DNA from: an uncultured Pseudomonadales bacterium
Lineage (GTDB): Bacteria > Pseudomonadota > Gammaproteobacteria > Pseudomonadales > UBA7239
Assembly: GCA_964509075.1 (NCBI GenBank)
Contig: CAZDWC010000010.1
Coordinates: forward strand, 22,368 to 86,367
Direction: 5' to 3'
DNA length: 64,000 nucleotides
Part shown: positions 28,821-37,938 of the stretch, one piece after another
Layout: each line of letters opens with the position of its first letter
How positions within the stretch are numbered: the stretch's first letter is position 1
Notes under the pieces: generated by a model
Database searches by the model: none
Seen by the model: only the letters and a program-made list of their open reading frames with translations
Told to the model about the DNA's origin: nothing
Made by a program: the position numbers and the translations under genes

Positions 28821-29545
28821 CCAGTACACTCAGCGCGCAACACCTCGCCAAGGCCTACAAGACCCGGCGCATTATTGATGATGTTTCGCTGGAGCTGGCC
28901 AGTGGCGAGATCGTGGGCTTGCTCGGCCCCAATGGCGCCGGCAAAACCACCTGTTTCTACATGATGGTGGGCCTGGTACCTGCCGACAAAGGCACTATCA
29001 CCCTCAACGGTGAAGACATCACCCGCCTGCCCATGCACAGCCGTGCGCAGCGCGGGCTGGGCTATCTACCGCAGGAGGCGTCTGTATTCCGCAAGTTGTC
29101 GGTTCGCGACAACATTCTGGCCATCCTCGAAACGCGCAAGGACCTCAACCGCCAGCAGCGCCACGCTCGTGCCGATGAGCTGATGCAGGAATTCCATATC
29201 ACCCACATCGCCGACTCGCTGGGCATGAGCCTGTCGGGCGGTGAGCGCCGCCGCGTGGAAATCGCGCGGGCACTGGCCAGCGAACCGCGCTTCATCCTGC
29301 TCGACGAGCCTTTTGCCGGTGTCGACCCCATTTCGGTTGCCGACATCAAGCAGATCATCCATCACCTGCAGTCCAAACAGATCGGAATCCTGATCACCGA
29401 CCACAACGTGCGTGAAACCCTGTCGATCTGCGAGCGCGCCTACATTGTCGGCGAAGGCCACATCATCGCCGCCGGCACTGCCGAGGAGATTGTGCACAAT
29501 TCCAAAGTGCGCAAGGTTTACCTCGGCCAGGATTTCGCCCTCTGA
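28817..29545 (+). CDS. lptB: LPS export ABC transporter ATPase LptB
   Basis: 242 aa. GPNGAGKTT (Walker A), [25 protein letters not shown] overlaps the lptA stop. Confidence 0.93.
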   Translation: MTSTLSAQHLAKAYKTRRIIDDVSLELASGEIVGLLGPNGAGKTTCFYMMVGLVPADKGTITLNGEDITRLPMHSRAQRGLGYLPQEASVFRKLSVRDNILAILETRKDLNRQQRHARADELMQEFHITHIADSLGMSLSGGERRRVEIARALASEPRFILLDEPFAGVDPISVADIKQIIHHLQSKQIGILITDHNVRETLSICERAYIVGEGHIIAAGTAEEIVHNSKVRKVYLGQDFAL

Positions 29546-29709
29546 GCATTGCGCGCACCGCGTCAAACGCTTCCTCCTGAACCGCATTCCTGCGCAACAA
29601 CCCCTACCTCCCGCATGACGCACCAAAAAAGCGCGCACGCGATGCATATTGGTGCATCATGAAGCACATCGAACATCTAACAAACTGATTTTAAATACCT
29701 TTCCATCAT

Positions 29710-29725
29710 TGGCACGAATCCCGCT
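29710..29725 (+). promoter_or_regulatory. Sigma-54 (-24/-12) promoter for glnK-amtB
   Basis: TGGCACGAATCCCGCT. GG and GC are spaced exactly as in the consensus TGGCAC-N5-TTGC. About 80 nt upstream of glnK. Confidence 0.6.
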
Positions 29726-29782
29726 CTACAAGACCTGCAATGATGCGTTCATCAATGATCCATTTGTTTTCAATGACCATAG

Positions 29783-30145
<363 letters not shown>

Positions 30146-30185
30146 CCTCGCATCACAACAATTCTTGAAACCCCTGGAGGTTACT

Positions 30186-31619
30186 GTGAAAAAACTGATC
30201 CTTATCCTGAGTATGTGCAGTGTGCTGTTTGCACTGCCGGGCTGGTCACAGGAGGCTGCCGAAGCCGCTGCGACTGTCGCCGAAGCGGCAGCTGCAGCCC
30301 CTGCACCCGCCGCCAACAAGGGCGATGATGCCTTCCTGATGATGTCATCGGCCTTCGTTATCCTGATGTCGGTACCTGGCCTCGCGCTGTTCTACGGCGG
30401 TCTGGTGCGCAAGAAAAACATGCTGTCCGTGCTGATGCAGGTGTTCACCGTGTTCTCGATGGTGACTGTACTGTGGGTGGTCTACGGCTATTCCGTAGCC
30501 TTCACTGAGGGCAACGCCTACTTCGGCTCGCTGTCCAAAGTGATGCTTTCGGGCGTAACCGCCGACTCCCTGGTCGCCACCTGGAGCAAGGGCGTTTTTC
30601 TGCATGAGTTCATCTATGTCGCCTTCCAGGGCGCTTTCGCAGCGATCACCTGCGGCCTGATTCTCGGCGCTTTCGCCGAGCGCGTGAAGTTCTCTGCCGT
30701 GCTGCTGTTCACCATTATCTGGTTCACCTTCTCTTACCTGCCGATTGCTCACATCGTATGGTACTGGGATGGCCCGAACGGCTACACCGATGCTGATGCC
30801 GCCGCTGTTGCCACAGCCAAAGCCGGTTTCATGTTCCAGAAAGGCGCGCTCGACTTTGCCGGCGGCACCGTCGTACACATCAACGCCGCCATCGCCGGCC
30901 TGATCGGCGCCTACTTTGTCGGCAAACGCCGCGGCTATGGCAAAGAAGCCATGTACCCACACAGCCTGACCATGACCATGATCGGCGCCTCCCTGCTGTG
31001 GTTCGGCTGGTTCGGCTTCAACGCCGGCTCCGCGCTGGAAGCCAACGGCATCGCCGGCCTCGCCTTCATCAACACCTGGCTCGCCACGGCTGCTGCCGCC
31101 ATGTCCTGGTTGCTGGCTGAATGGATCCTGAAAAAACACCCATCACTGCTGGGTGCAGCTTCCGGTGCCGTTGCCGGTCTGGTTGCCATCACCCCGGCTT
31201 GCGGTTTCGTCGGTGTCGGCGGCGCTCTGGTGATCGGCTTGCTGGCTGGTGTGATCTGTCTCTGGGGTGTCACTGGCCTGAAAAAACTGCTGGGCGCTGA
31301 CGATGCACTGGATGTTTTCGGTGTACACGGTGTAGGCGGCATTCTCGGTGCACTGTTGACCGGCGTATTCGCCGATCCAGCACTGGGCGGTACCGGTGTG
31401 TGGGATTACGTGGCCAACGGCGTTGCTTCCGGCTACTCCATCGCCACCCAAGTCACCATTCAGGCGGAAGGCGTTCTCACCACTATCGTCATCTCCGGCG
31501 TGGTATCTGTGGTGGCCTACAAACTGGTGGATCTGCTGGTCGGCCTGCGCGTCGACGACGAGCAGGAAGTCATGGGTCTGGATGTCAGCTCGCACGGCGA
31601 ACGCGCCTACAACGACTGA
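30186..31619 (+). CDS. amtB: Ammonium transporter
   Basis: ORF 30120-31619(+). GTG 30186 after CTGGAGG, signal-like VKKLILILSMCSVLFALPGWS. DFAGGTVVHINAG and FGVHGVGGILGALLTG motifs. Confidence 0.92.
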   Translation: MKKLILILSMCSVLFALPGWSQEAAEAAATVAEAAAAAPAPAANKGDDAFLMMSSAFVILMSVPGLALFYGGLVRKKNMLSVLMQVFTVFSMVTVLWVVYGYSVAFTEGNAYFGSLSKVMLSGVTADSLVATWSKGVFLHEFIYVAFQGAFAAITCGLILGAFAERVKFSAVLLFTIIWFTFSYLPIAHIVWYWDGPNGYTDADAAAVATAKAGFMFQKGALDFAGGTVVHINAAIAGLIGAYFVGKRRGYGKEAMYPHSLTMTMIGASLLWFGWFGFNAGSALEANGIAGLAFINTWLATAAAAMSWLLAEWILKKHPSLLGAASGAVAGLVAITPACGFVGVGGALVIGLLAGVICLWGVTGLKKLLGADDALDVFGVHGVGGILGALLTGVFADPALGGTGVWDYVANGVASGYSIATQVTIQAEGVLTTIVISGVVSVVAYKLVDLLVGLRVDDEQEVMGLDVSSHGERAYND

Positions 31620-31667
31620 TACGTCTCTCTCCTCCCGGGGCTTCGGCCTCGGATGCAATACCGCTTC

Positions 31668-31696
31668 GGGCGCCTTCATCAGGCGCCCTTTTTTTG
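31668..31696 (+). terminator. Rho-independent terminator after amtB
   Basis: GGGCGCC-ttcatca-GGCGCCC followed by TTTTTTT. Confidence 0.7.
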
Positions 31697-31707
31697 TTCC
31701 GGTATTT

Positions 31708-32400
31708 TTATTGCGATGTGTCCTGCTTCGCGCCACCCATCTGCGCATACAGCGCCGGGTCTATCTTCAGGAAGATAGCCTCCCCTTCGGCGTAGAGAAC
31801 ACCGTCACTGTCTTTCAGCGTGCAGTGCATGAACACCTTGCGCCGCTCCTCACCGGTGAGACGCGCTTCGTAGCTGAGTTCACGATTCAAGGGCACCGGC
31901 ATGCGGTAGATGGTTTTCAAGGTGCCTGTCATAGCCGGCACTTCCAGCCCACTGTGGGAAATGGCGATGCCGAATACTTCATCCATATACGCCGCGATGT
32001 AACCGCCATGCACCAATCCCGGCGGCCCTTCAAAGGCCGGCCCGAAATTGACCACCGCCTTCAGATAACCCTCTCCCTGAAAGTATTTGGCCGGCACGGC
32101 CAGCGCATTGCAGTTACCGCTGATCGGCCGATAGGAGAGCGAGTTCTCCCCGCCGTAGTCATAACCGGTACCGGCCTCGCTCTCTCCATCATCCACCTGC
32201 CCGAAAGGCCGGGTGCGATTGGGCACATGCAATCTGTCCAGCTCATCCGCCAGCATCTCCAGCGTCGACGCCAGCCGTGTCACTTCCTGCGCCGGCAACT
32301 GCTTGCCTACCAGTGAGTGATTGAGTCGACGCAAGGCACTGGCGACGCGATCGGAATCGCCGTCAATCATGGCGTTAATGGGCAGGGCATGTTCTGACAT
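31708..32400 (-). CDS. Hotdog-fold thioesterase (PaaI family) with N-terminal extension
   Basis: ORF 31708-32427(-). ATG 32400 (MSEHALPIN) sits 9 nt after GAGGAG. LVHGGYIAAYMDEVFG core. Confidence 0.7.
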   Translation of the reverse strand: MSEHALPINAMIDGDSDRVASALRRLNHSLVGKQLPAQEVTRLASTLEMLADELDRLHVPNRTRPFGQVDDGESEAGTGYDYGGENSLSYRPISGNCNALAVPAKYFQGEGYLKAVVNFGPAFEGPPGLVHGGYIAAYMDEVFGIAISHSGLEVPAMTGTLKTIYRMPVPLNRELSYEARLTGEERRKVFMHCTLKDSDGVLYAEGEAIFLKIDPALYAQMGGAKQDTSQ

Positions 32401-32471
32401 CTGTGCATACTCCTCGATGGTCCGCACAGATTATAAACGGCAAGCCTGCAGGGGTAGTCAATAAAGACTGA

Positions 32472-33521
32472 CTATTTTACTGACGGCTGCTCCTTCTTTT
32501 CGCCGGGCACAAGCGCTGTGCGCACCTGCATGAAGCGTTGCAGCAAATCAAACCAGAACGGAGCACCCAGTGAGATAGCGAATGCACTGACGAGCAGCCC
32601 GAAAAACTTGGACAGGAGGGCAACCCAGTTCCAGTGCTCGGGCGCCTTGAGGTGATCGCGCAGTTCAGGCCAGCCCCAACCTGCAGGCAACTGCCAACCC
32701 AGTGGCAAACCGGCTCCGCCCACCGTATCCAGCGTCTGCCCCAGAGACTCGCGCGTCTTGTCGAGCTGCGCATTCAGTGCTTTCAACTCGGACAATTGCG
32801 CCGGCGTACACGAAGCCGACGCATTGTTGTCCGCTGTCACCGATGGACAAGCCGCCTGCAGCGCCTGACGTTGCGCAAGCATATCGTCGACATGCGCCTG
32901 CGCAACGCCAATCATCTGCACGCGCACCTGATCATTGCGCGACAATTCATTCACCATGGACACAGAATCGATATTGAGTGCGAATGACAAAAACAAGGCC
33001 ACCAGGAGTGACACCTGCTGCGTATGACGCTTGAACCATCCGGAAACACGCTCCATCGACTGATCGAAATGTGTCTCGATCAGTTTGCGAAATGTCTCCA
33101 CGTCATTCTGCGCCTCGCCTGCCAACTCGATGAACAAACGCGCAATACGACTCTCGCTACCCAGCGCAGAAAACTTTTCCTGGATCATTTCGGAAAGGTT
33201 CTTGTCTTTGTCCGGCATTGATGACAGCAAGCTGTGCACCACAATTCCCACCGTTTCAGCAGGAATATAAGAGGGCTTCCCATCCACACCTTTGCTCAGC
33301 GACTGGATAAGCGGGTGAGCATAGAACTCCTTCAGGAAGTGCCCTTCCTTGAGCGAACTGCCATTTTCATAAAAAAACTCTTCCAGACCTTCTTCAAGCT
33401 TCTTGCTGCGCATATTCAATGCGGTATTGACTGACTCGACCATCGCAGTACAGATCATGCCGAACATGGAGTAGATCGTTACCAGGCCGATAAATACGTC
33501 AAGCATTTGTAAATGCATCAT
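32472..33521 (-). CDS. Hypothetical inner-membrane protein (N-terminal TM, central amphipathic/coiled region, 2 C-terminal TMs)
   Basis: ORF 32472-33545(-). ATG 33521 or 33518 is preferred over the TTG of the track. No family recognised. Ends ...GAPFWFDLLQRFMQVR. Confidence 0.6.
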   Translation of the reverse strand: MMHLQMLDVFIGLVTIYSMFGMICTAMVESVNTALNMRSKKLEEGLEEFFYENGSSLKEGHFLKEFYAHPLIQSLSKGVDGKPSYIPAETVGIVVHSLLSSMPDKDKNLSEMIQEKFSALGSESRIARLFIELAGEAQNDVETFRKLIETHFDQSMERVSGWFKRHTQQVSLLVALFLSFALNIDSVSMVNELSRNDQVRVQMIGVAQAHVDDMLAQRQALQAACPSVTADNNASASCTPAQLSELKALNAQLDKTRESLGQTLDTVGGAGLPLGWQLPAGWGWPELRDHLKAPEHWNWVALLSKFFGLLVSAFAISLGAPFWFDLLQRFMQVRTALVPGEKKEQPSVK

Positions 33522-33562
33522 GCGAAGCCCCCCACAGAAAGCCAATCCGCCGCAAGCACTGA

Positions 33563-34459
33563 CTACTTAGGCAAAGCTGAAGAACAGGATGTAGCCAATG
33601 TTTTTGCAAGATCGGCGTAGACAGCAGCATCAAATTTGTCTTTGGCGGCAGCCTGATAATCACTAAGCATTTTTCTACCTTCTGCAAGACAAGCTTTTTC
33701 CTTTTCAGCTTCGCCAAGCGATGCATGCTGCCGCCCCAAACCATCACTCAAATATTGTGCAGCAATCCCGGTTGAAAAAACCTTACCTAAAGTAACACCC
33801 GCCTCTGCCGATTTGCCTTCCGCATCCGTTTTTGCCTTAGTTTTCGAATCAAAACTACCAAACACTGAATATGAATCACCTTTGTTGTTTTTTTCCATCG
33901 CCTCAACAAGAATCTCCGGGTTAGATGAGGTGATTGAAGCCAGTTTCTTTTCAATATCAACCAGCTGACTTTTGTCATTTGTGACTTTATTCTGATCGCC
34001 AGCGTCAGCACTCGTCGAAAGCAACTGAATCTCACTGTTCAACACATCTCGCTTACCCAACAGAACCATGAGCTCATCAAGCTGTTTAGATTGTTTCCCC
34101 TCATTTTTATGATTTTCATTAATACCATCCACTTTCCCCCCAACCAATTGCATGCCATATATGGCGTTTTCACAGTCAATTTGCTTATAGTTAATGTCGT
34201 GATTAGGTGCTTCTGAAGATCCCTCAGGCTCTTTACATGGCTTTGCCACAGCAACCGGCACATAGGCCGCATCAAGATTCTTGAATCCCAAGCTTAACGA
34301 AACTCCTGGTTGCTCACTGGTAGGAGATGAAATATCAACCCCCACTATTGTTTTCGACGAATACACCAACGGCGCCTGCTGCAATGGCGCACACCCAGCC
34401 AATCCAACACCAACAACGAACAAAAACCCAAAACGATTTCCTACGGCTGACTTGACCAT
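33563..34459 (-). CDS. Hypothetical lipoprotein, Lys/Ser/Asn-rich, AT-rich gene
   Basis: 298 aa. Signal peptide plus lipobox FVVGVGLAGC. No family recognised. Overlaps the upstream lipoprotein gene by 19 nt. Confidence 0.65.
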   Translation of the reverse strand: MVKSAVGNRFGFLFVVGVGLAGCAPLQQAPLVYSSKTIVGVDISSPTSEQPGVSLSLGFKNLDAAYVPVAVAKPCKEPEGSSEAPNHDINYKQIDCENAIYGMQLVGGKVDGINENHKNEGKQSKQLDELMVLLGKRDVLNSEIQLLSTSADAGDQNKVTNDKSQLVDIEKKLASITSSNPEILVEAMEKNNKGDSYSVFGSFDSKTKAKTDAEGKSAEAGVTLGKVFSTGIAAQYLSDGLGRQHASLGEAEKEKACLAEGRKMLSDYQAAAKDKFDAAVYADLAKTLATSCSSALPK

Positions 34460-34815
34460 GACTGGCCCTCCTTTGTGAAAACACAGATGTTATTCAACGA
34501 CTCCAGTGCAGCCTTCAACTGCTCAAGCTCACTGTTTTTTTCCACTACCACATACGCCCGGCAAGCCGACAGATCATCCGACATGACCAGTGTCTCCTGC
34601 ATCCAGCCAACATTGGTGGCATGTGCTCCCGCTACAAAACCGGCCGCCTCTGTCGATACCAGCACAGCCTGTCCCTGCCTTGGCACAACATGGACATTGG
34701 CCACCCCCAGATATGAACGGGAGACGGTGGCATCCGCACCACTCACATGCACAACCGTACAACCGTGCAGGCACATGGTACTGACAATCGACATGGCCAC
34801 CTGGTGCCACTTCAT
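34441..34815 (-). CDS. Hypothetical small lipoprotein
   Basis: ORF 34441-34902(-). Start at MKWHQVAMSIVSTMCLHGC (ATG 34815, lipobox LHGC) with GAAGGGG upstream. Confidence 0.55.
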   Translation of the reverse strand: MKWHQVAMSIVSTMCLHGCTVVHVSGADATVSRSYLGVANVHVVPRQGQAVLVSTEAAGFVAGAHATNVGWMQETLVMSDDLSACRAYVVVEKNSELEQLKAALESLNNICVFTKEGQSWSSQP

Positions 34816-35103
34816 GCAGAACCCCTTCTGATACCGAGCCGAAATTCTCGAGACTGTTAAAGTCAATTGGCCGATTATGGGCGCCATCGCCAGACAAGAC
34901 AATCATTAAAAAACCGCCATATATGATTATTCCGTCTTGCCCACCTGTTTATTTTTTAAGCAAACCCGCTAGATTGTAAGTGAGGCCTTCGCTGGCCCTT
35001 CAACCTGCAGGACAGGTCGCGGCGCAAGCCGATAGCATTGTAAGAAAAGCAGTACGCAACACACTATCAACCGAGAGCAAGAAGAGAGGAAGGGGCGATA
35101 TTC

Positions 35104-35379
35104 ATGAACATCGGCGGCAGTACCTCATCACTCCTGGGCATAGGCGTGCAGGGCATGCAGCAAAGCTATGGCCGCATTGAACAGGCGGCCGGCAACATTG
35201 CACGCAGCGGCACAACCAGCGCGGAAAGTAGTGAGATGAGCCGTGATACCGGTGCCACCATGGATATCGCCACCAACATGGTTGACATGAAGTTCAACCA
35301 ACACATTTTTGATGCATCGGCCAAAGTGGTCAAAACAGCGGATGAGATGATCGGCACGGTGCTCGACATGCACGCCTGA
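35104..35379 (+). CDS. 91-aa protein consisting only of flagellar rod/hook-type N- and C-terminal (D0) motifs
   Basis: N-terminal GMQQSYGRIEQAAGNIARSGT resembles the rod motif (...RLDVISNNIANVNT). C-terminal NMVDMKFNQHIFDASAKVVKTADEMIGTVLD resembles Flg_bbr_C (...EMVNMI.AQRAYEANSKVI.TADEML). Purine-rich RBS upstream. Confidence 0.6.
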   Translation: MNIGGSTSSLLGIGVQGMQQSYGRIEQAAGNIARSGTTSAESSEMSRDTGATMDIATNMVDMKFNQHIFDASAKVVKTADEMIGTVLDMHA

Positions 35380-35395
35380 GTGCAAGGAGCTTGCC

Positions 35396-35998
35396 ATGCA
35401 AATCGGCAATGCCTCACCACCACCCTCACCCACACAGGCCTATGCGAGTGTACCTGTCGCCAAACCGGCGGATCAGGATCCCAACCAGCTCGACAACAGC
35501 AGTTTCAAGCCCGTGGCAGCGCCTACGCCCGGCAGTCCTTCGCACGCGTCAGCAGAGCCCGTAACACACAAGACTCCCGAGACAAACGCCAGCAAGGACA
35601 TGCCGCGGGACAACACAACCGAAAACAGTGACAGCACACGTGAGTCCGGCGGCGATGAACGCACGCAACAGGACATTGCCAAACAACTCGCAGCCGAGCA
35701 CGTGCGTCAGGAACAGCTGAAACAGGAGCGGATCAAGCAGGAAAAAGCCGAGGAAGAACATCGCAAGGAAGCACGCAAGGCTGAGTATCAGGCGGAAGAT
35801 CACAAGGCGCACGCCATGCAACACCAACAGGAGCAGCAGGAGAAACTGCAGCAGCAGAAAAAGCTGGCGGCGCAACATGCCGCTGCAGAGCGTTTTGCCG
35901 AGATCCGTTCTCGCACACAGGGCTTCACCGAGCACCATCTCGCCGCACTGGAAAAGCTGGGCACACAGCGCACACCTCATATCGACCAGAACGCCTGA
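35396..35998 (+). CDS. Hypothetical low-complexity protein (Pro/Ser/Thr-rich N-half, K/E/Q-rich helical C-half)
   Basis: 200 aa. AAGGAG lies 6 nt before the ATG, 17 nt after the previous stop. No TM or signal peptide. Confidence 0.55.
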   Translation: MQIGNASPPPSPTQAYASVPVAKPADQDPNQLDNSSFKPVAAPTPGSPSHASAEPVTHKTPETNASKDMPRDNTTENSDSTRESGGDERTQQDIAKQLAAEHVRQEQLKQERIKQEKAEEEHRKEARKAEYQAEDHKAHAMQHQQEQQEKLQQQKKLAAQHAAAERFAEIRSRTQGFTEHHLAALEKLGTQRTPHIDQNA

Positions 35999-36121
35999 GC
36001 CACTTACTCGCTGAACACAATGCAAGGGAACAGCACCACCCGCTCAGAGTCTATGCTTAACACAGCACGCCACTGCCAGTGGTATGCTCATGGCTGACTG
36101 GATTATCCCAAGGAGGATCTG

Positions 36122-37903
36122 ATGGCCGTCTTCCACCCGCCCGTGCGCGACCTGCACTTTGTGCGTAACGAACTCCTCGACTTTCCCGCGCTCTACCAGA
36201 CCTTTCCCGATTGCGAAGGTTTTGACCGTGAAACACTGGATGCCATTCTCGATGAGCTCGCACGTTTCTGCGAAGAAGAACTGGCACCGCTGTACCGCAT
36301 AGGTGATACCGAAGGCTGTACATGGTCTGCCGCTGGCGTAAAAACCCCCACCGGATTCAAGGAGGCTTACGCCAGATTTGTCGAAGGCGGCTGGCCTGCG
36401 CTTTCAGCACCTGTTGCTGTCGGCGGGCAAGGATTGCCGGAATCCATGGGCATCCTGATGAACGAACTGCTGGGCCAGGCCAACTGGGCGTGGGCGATGT
36501 ATCCCGGTCTCGCGCACGGCGCCAAACATACGCTGCAGGCACACGGCACCGAAGACCAGCAACGCATCTATCTCAGCAAACTGGTCTCGGGCCAGTGGTG
36601 CGGCACCATGTGTCTAACGGAACCGCACTGCGGCTCCGACCTCGGCCTGCTGCGTACGCGCGCTGAATTGCAAGCCGACGGCACGTACACCATCACCGGC
36701 ACCAAGATCTTCATTTCCGCCGGCGAACACGACATGACGGAAAATATCGTGCACATTGTGCTCGCCCGTTTGCCCGATGCACCCGCTGGCACCAAGGGTA
36801 TCTCTCTGTTCATCGTGCCAAAATTCTTGCCGAACAGTCATGGTGAAAATGGCGTGCGCAACAACGTCAACTGCGGTTCGCTCGAGCACAAGATGGGCAT
36901 ACACGGCAACGCCACCTGCGTGATGAATTTCGATGGCGCCACCGGCTTTCTGATCGGTGAACCGAACAAAGGCCTGAACTGCATGTTCACCTTCATGAAC
37001 TCGGCGCGCATTGGCACCGCCATACAAGGTGTGGCGCACGCCGAACGCGGCTTCCAGGGCGCACTCGCCTATGCCAAAGACCGTTTGCAGATGCGTTCAC
37101 TCTCCGGCCCGAAAAATCCGCAAGGCATTGCCGATCCGATCATCGTGCACCCGGATGTGCGCCGTCTGCTGCTCACCGCCAAAGCCTTTGCCGAAGGCGG
37201 GCGCATGCTGGTGCATTATCTCGCACGCGAACTGGATCTGGCACAGCACGGCGCAGACAAGGCCGCACGCGATGCCGCCGAAAATCGCCTCGCGCTGCTG
37301 ACCCCGATTGCCAAAGCTTTTATCACCGAAACCGGTTTTGAATCCGCCAATTGCGGCGTGCAGGTGTTCGGCGGTCACGGTTATATCGCCGAGTGGGGCA
37401 TGGAACAGAATGTGCGCGACTCGCGCATCTCCATGCTCTATGAAGGCACCACCGGCATACAGGCACTGGATCTGATTGGCCGCAAGGTTTTGCAAAACGG
37501 CGGCAGCAACCTGAATCTGTTTCTCGATGAAATCGATAGTTTTTGCAGTGAACACGCTGCGCACAAGGAATTCACGCAACCACTCGCCACACTGAGCGGT
37601 GAATGGCGGACACTCACCACCGAACTCACCAACCTCGCCATGAACAATATGGACGAGATCGGTGCCGCTGCCGTGGATTACCTGATGTACGCCGGCTACA
37701 TTACCGAGGCCTGGCTGTGGGCACGTGCTGCCATTCTCTCGCTTGAAAAAGGCGATGCCGATGGCGGCTTCTATGTCGCCAAAGTGCATACGGCGCGTTT
37801 TTATTTCCAACGCATCCTGCCACGCACGCGCGCGCATCTCGGTAGTCTGCGCGCCGGTGGCGCCAGCCTGATGGCCATGCCGCAAGAACTGTTTTTCTTT
37901 TGA
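36122..37903 (+). CDS. Long-form acyl-CoA dehydrogenase (FadE-type, about 590 aa)
   Basis: 593 aa. MCLTEPHCGSDLG, KIFISAGEHD, QVFGGHGYIAEWG. Confidence 0.88.
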   Translation: MAVFHPPVRDLHFVRNELLDFPALYQTFPDCEGFDRETLDAILDELARFCEEELAPLYRIGDTEGCTWSAAGVKTPTGFKEAYARFVEGGWPALSAPVAVGGQGLPESMGILMNELLGQANWAWAMYPGLAHGAKHTLQAHGTEDQQRIYLSKLVSGQWCGTMCLTEPHCGSDLGLLRTRAELQADGTYTITGTKIFISAGEHDMTENIVHIVLARLPDAPAGTKGISLFIVPKFLPNSHGENGVRNNVNCGSLEHKMGIHGNATCVMNFDGATGFLIGEPNKGLNCMFTFMNSARIGTAIQGVAHAERGFQGALAYAKDRLQMRSLSGPKNPQGIADPIIVHPDVRRLLLTAKAFAEGGRMLVHYLARELDLAQHGADKAARDAAENRLALLTPIAKAFITETGFESANCGVQVFGGHGYIAEWGMEQNVRDSRISMLYEGTTGIQALDLIGRKVLQNGGSNLNLFLDEIDSFCSEHAAHKEFTQPLATLSGEWRTLTTELTNLAMNNMDEIGAAAVDYLMYAGYITEAWLWARAAILSLEKGDADGGFYVAKVHTARFYFQRILPRTRAHLGSLRAGGASLMAMPQELFFF

Positions 37904-37938
37904 CGTTTTTCAAAATCAAATTTCCACAAGGACAACCC

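Noticed and set aside
29641-29656. Possible NtrC enhancer site upstream of glnK
   Set aside because: Only the right half (TGGTGCA) matches TGCACC-N5-GGTGCA and the left half is poor. It is mentioned in a finding but not listed as a feature.
35028-35035. GCCGATAG, resembling the sigma-28 (FliA) -10 element GCCGATAA, upstream of the mini-rod gene
   Set aside because: No TAAA or TCAAG-type -35 lies at the required distance; the nearest TCAAC is about 23 nt away. On its own the octamer is insufficient evidence.
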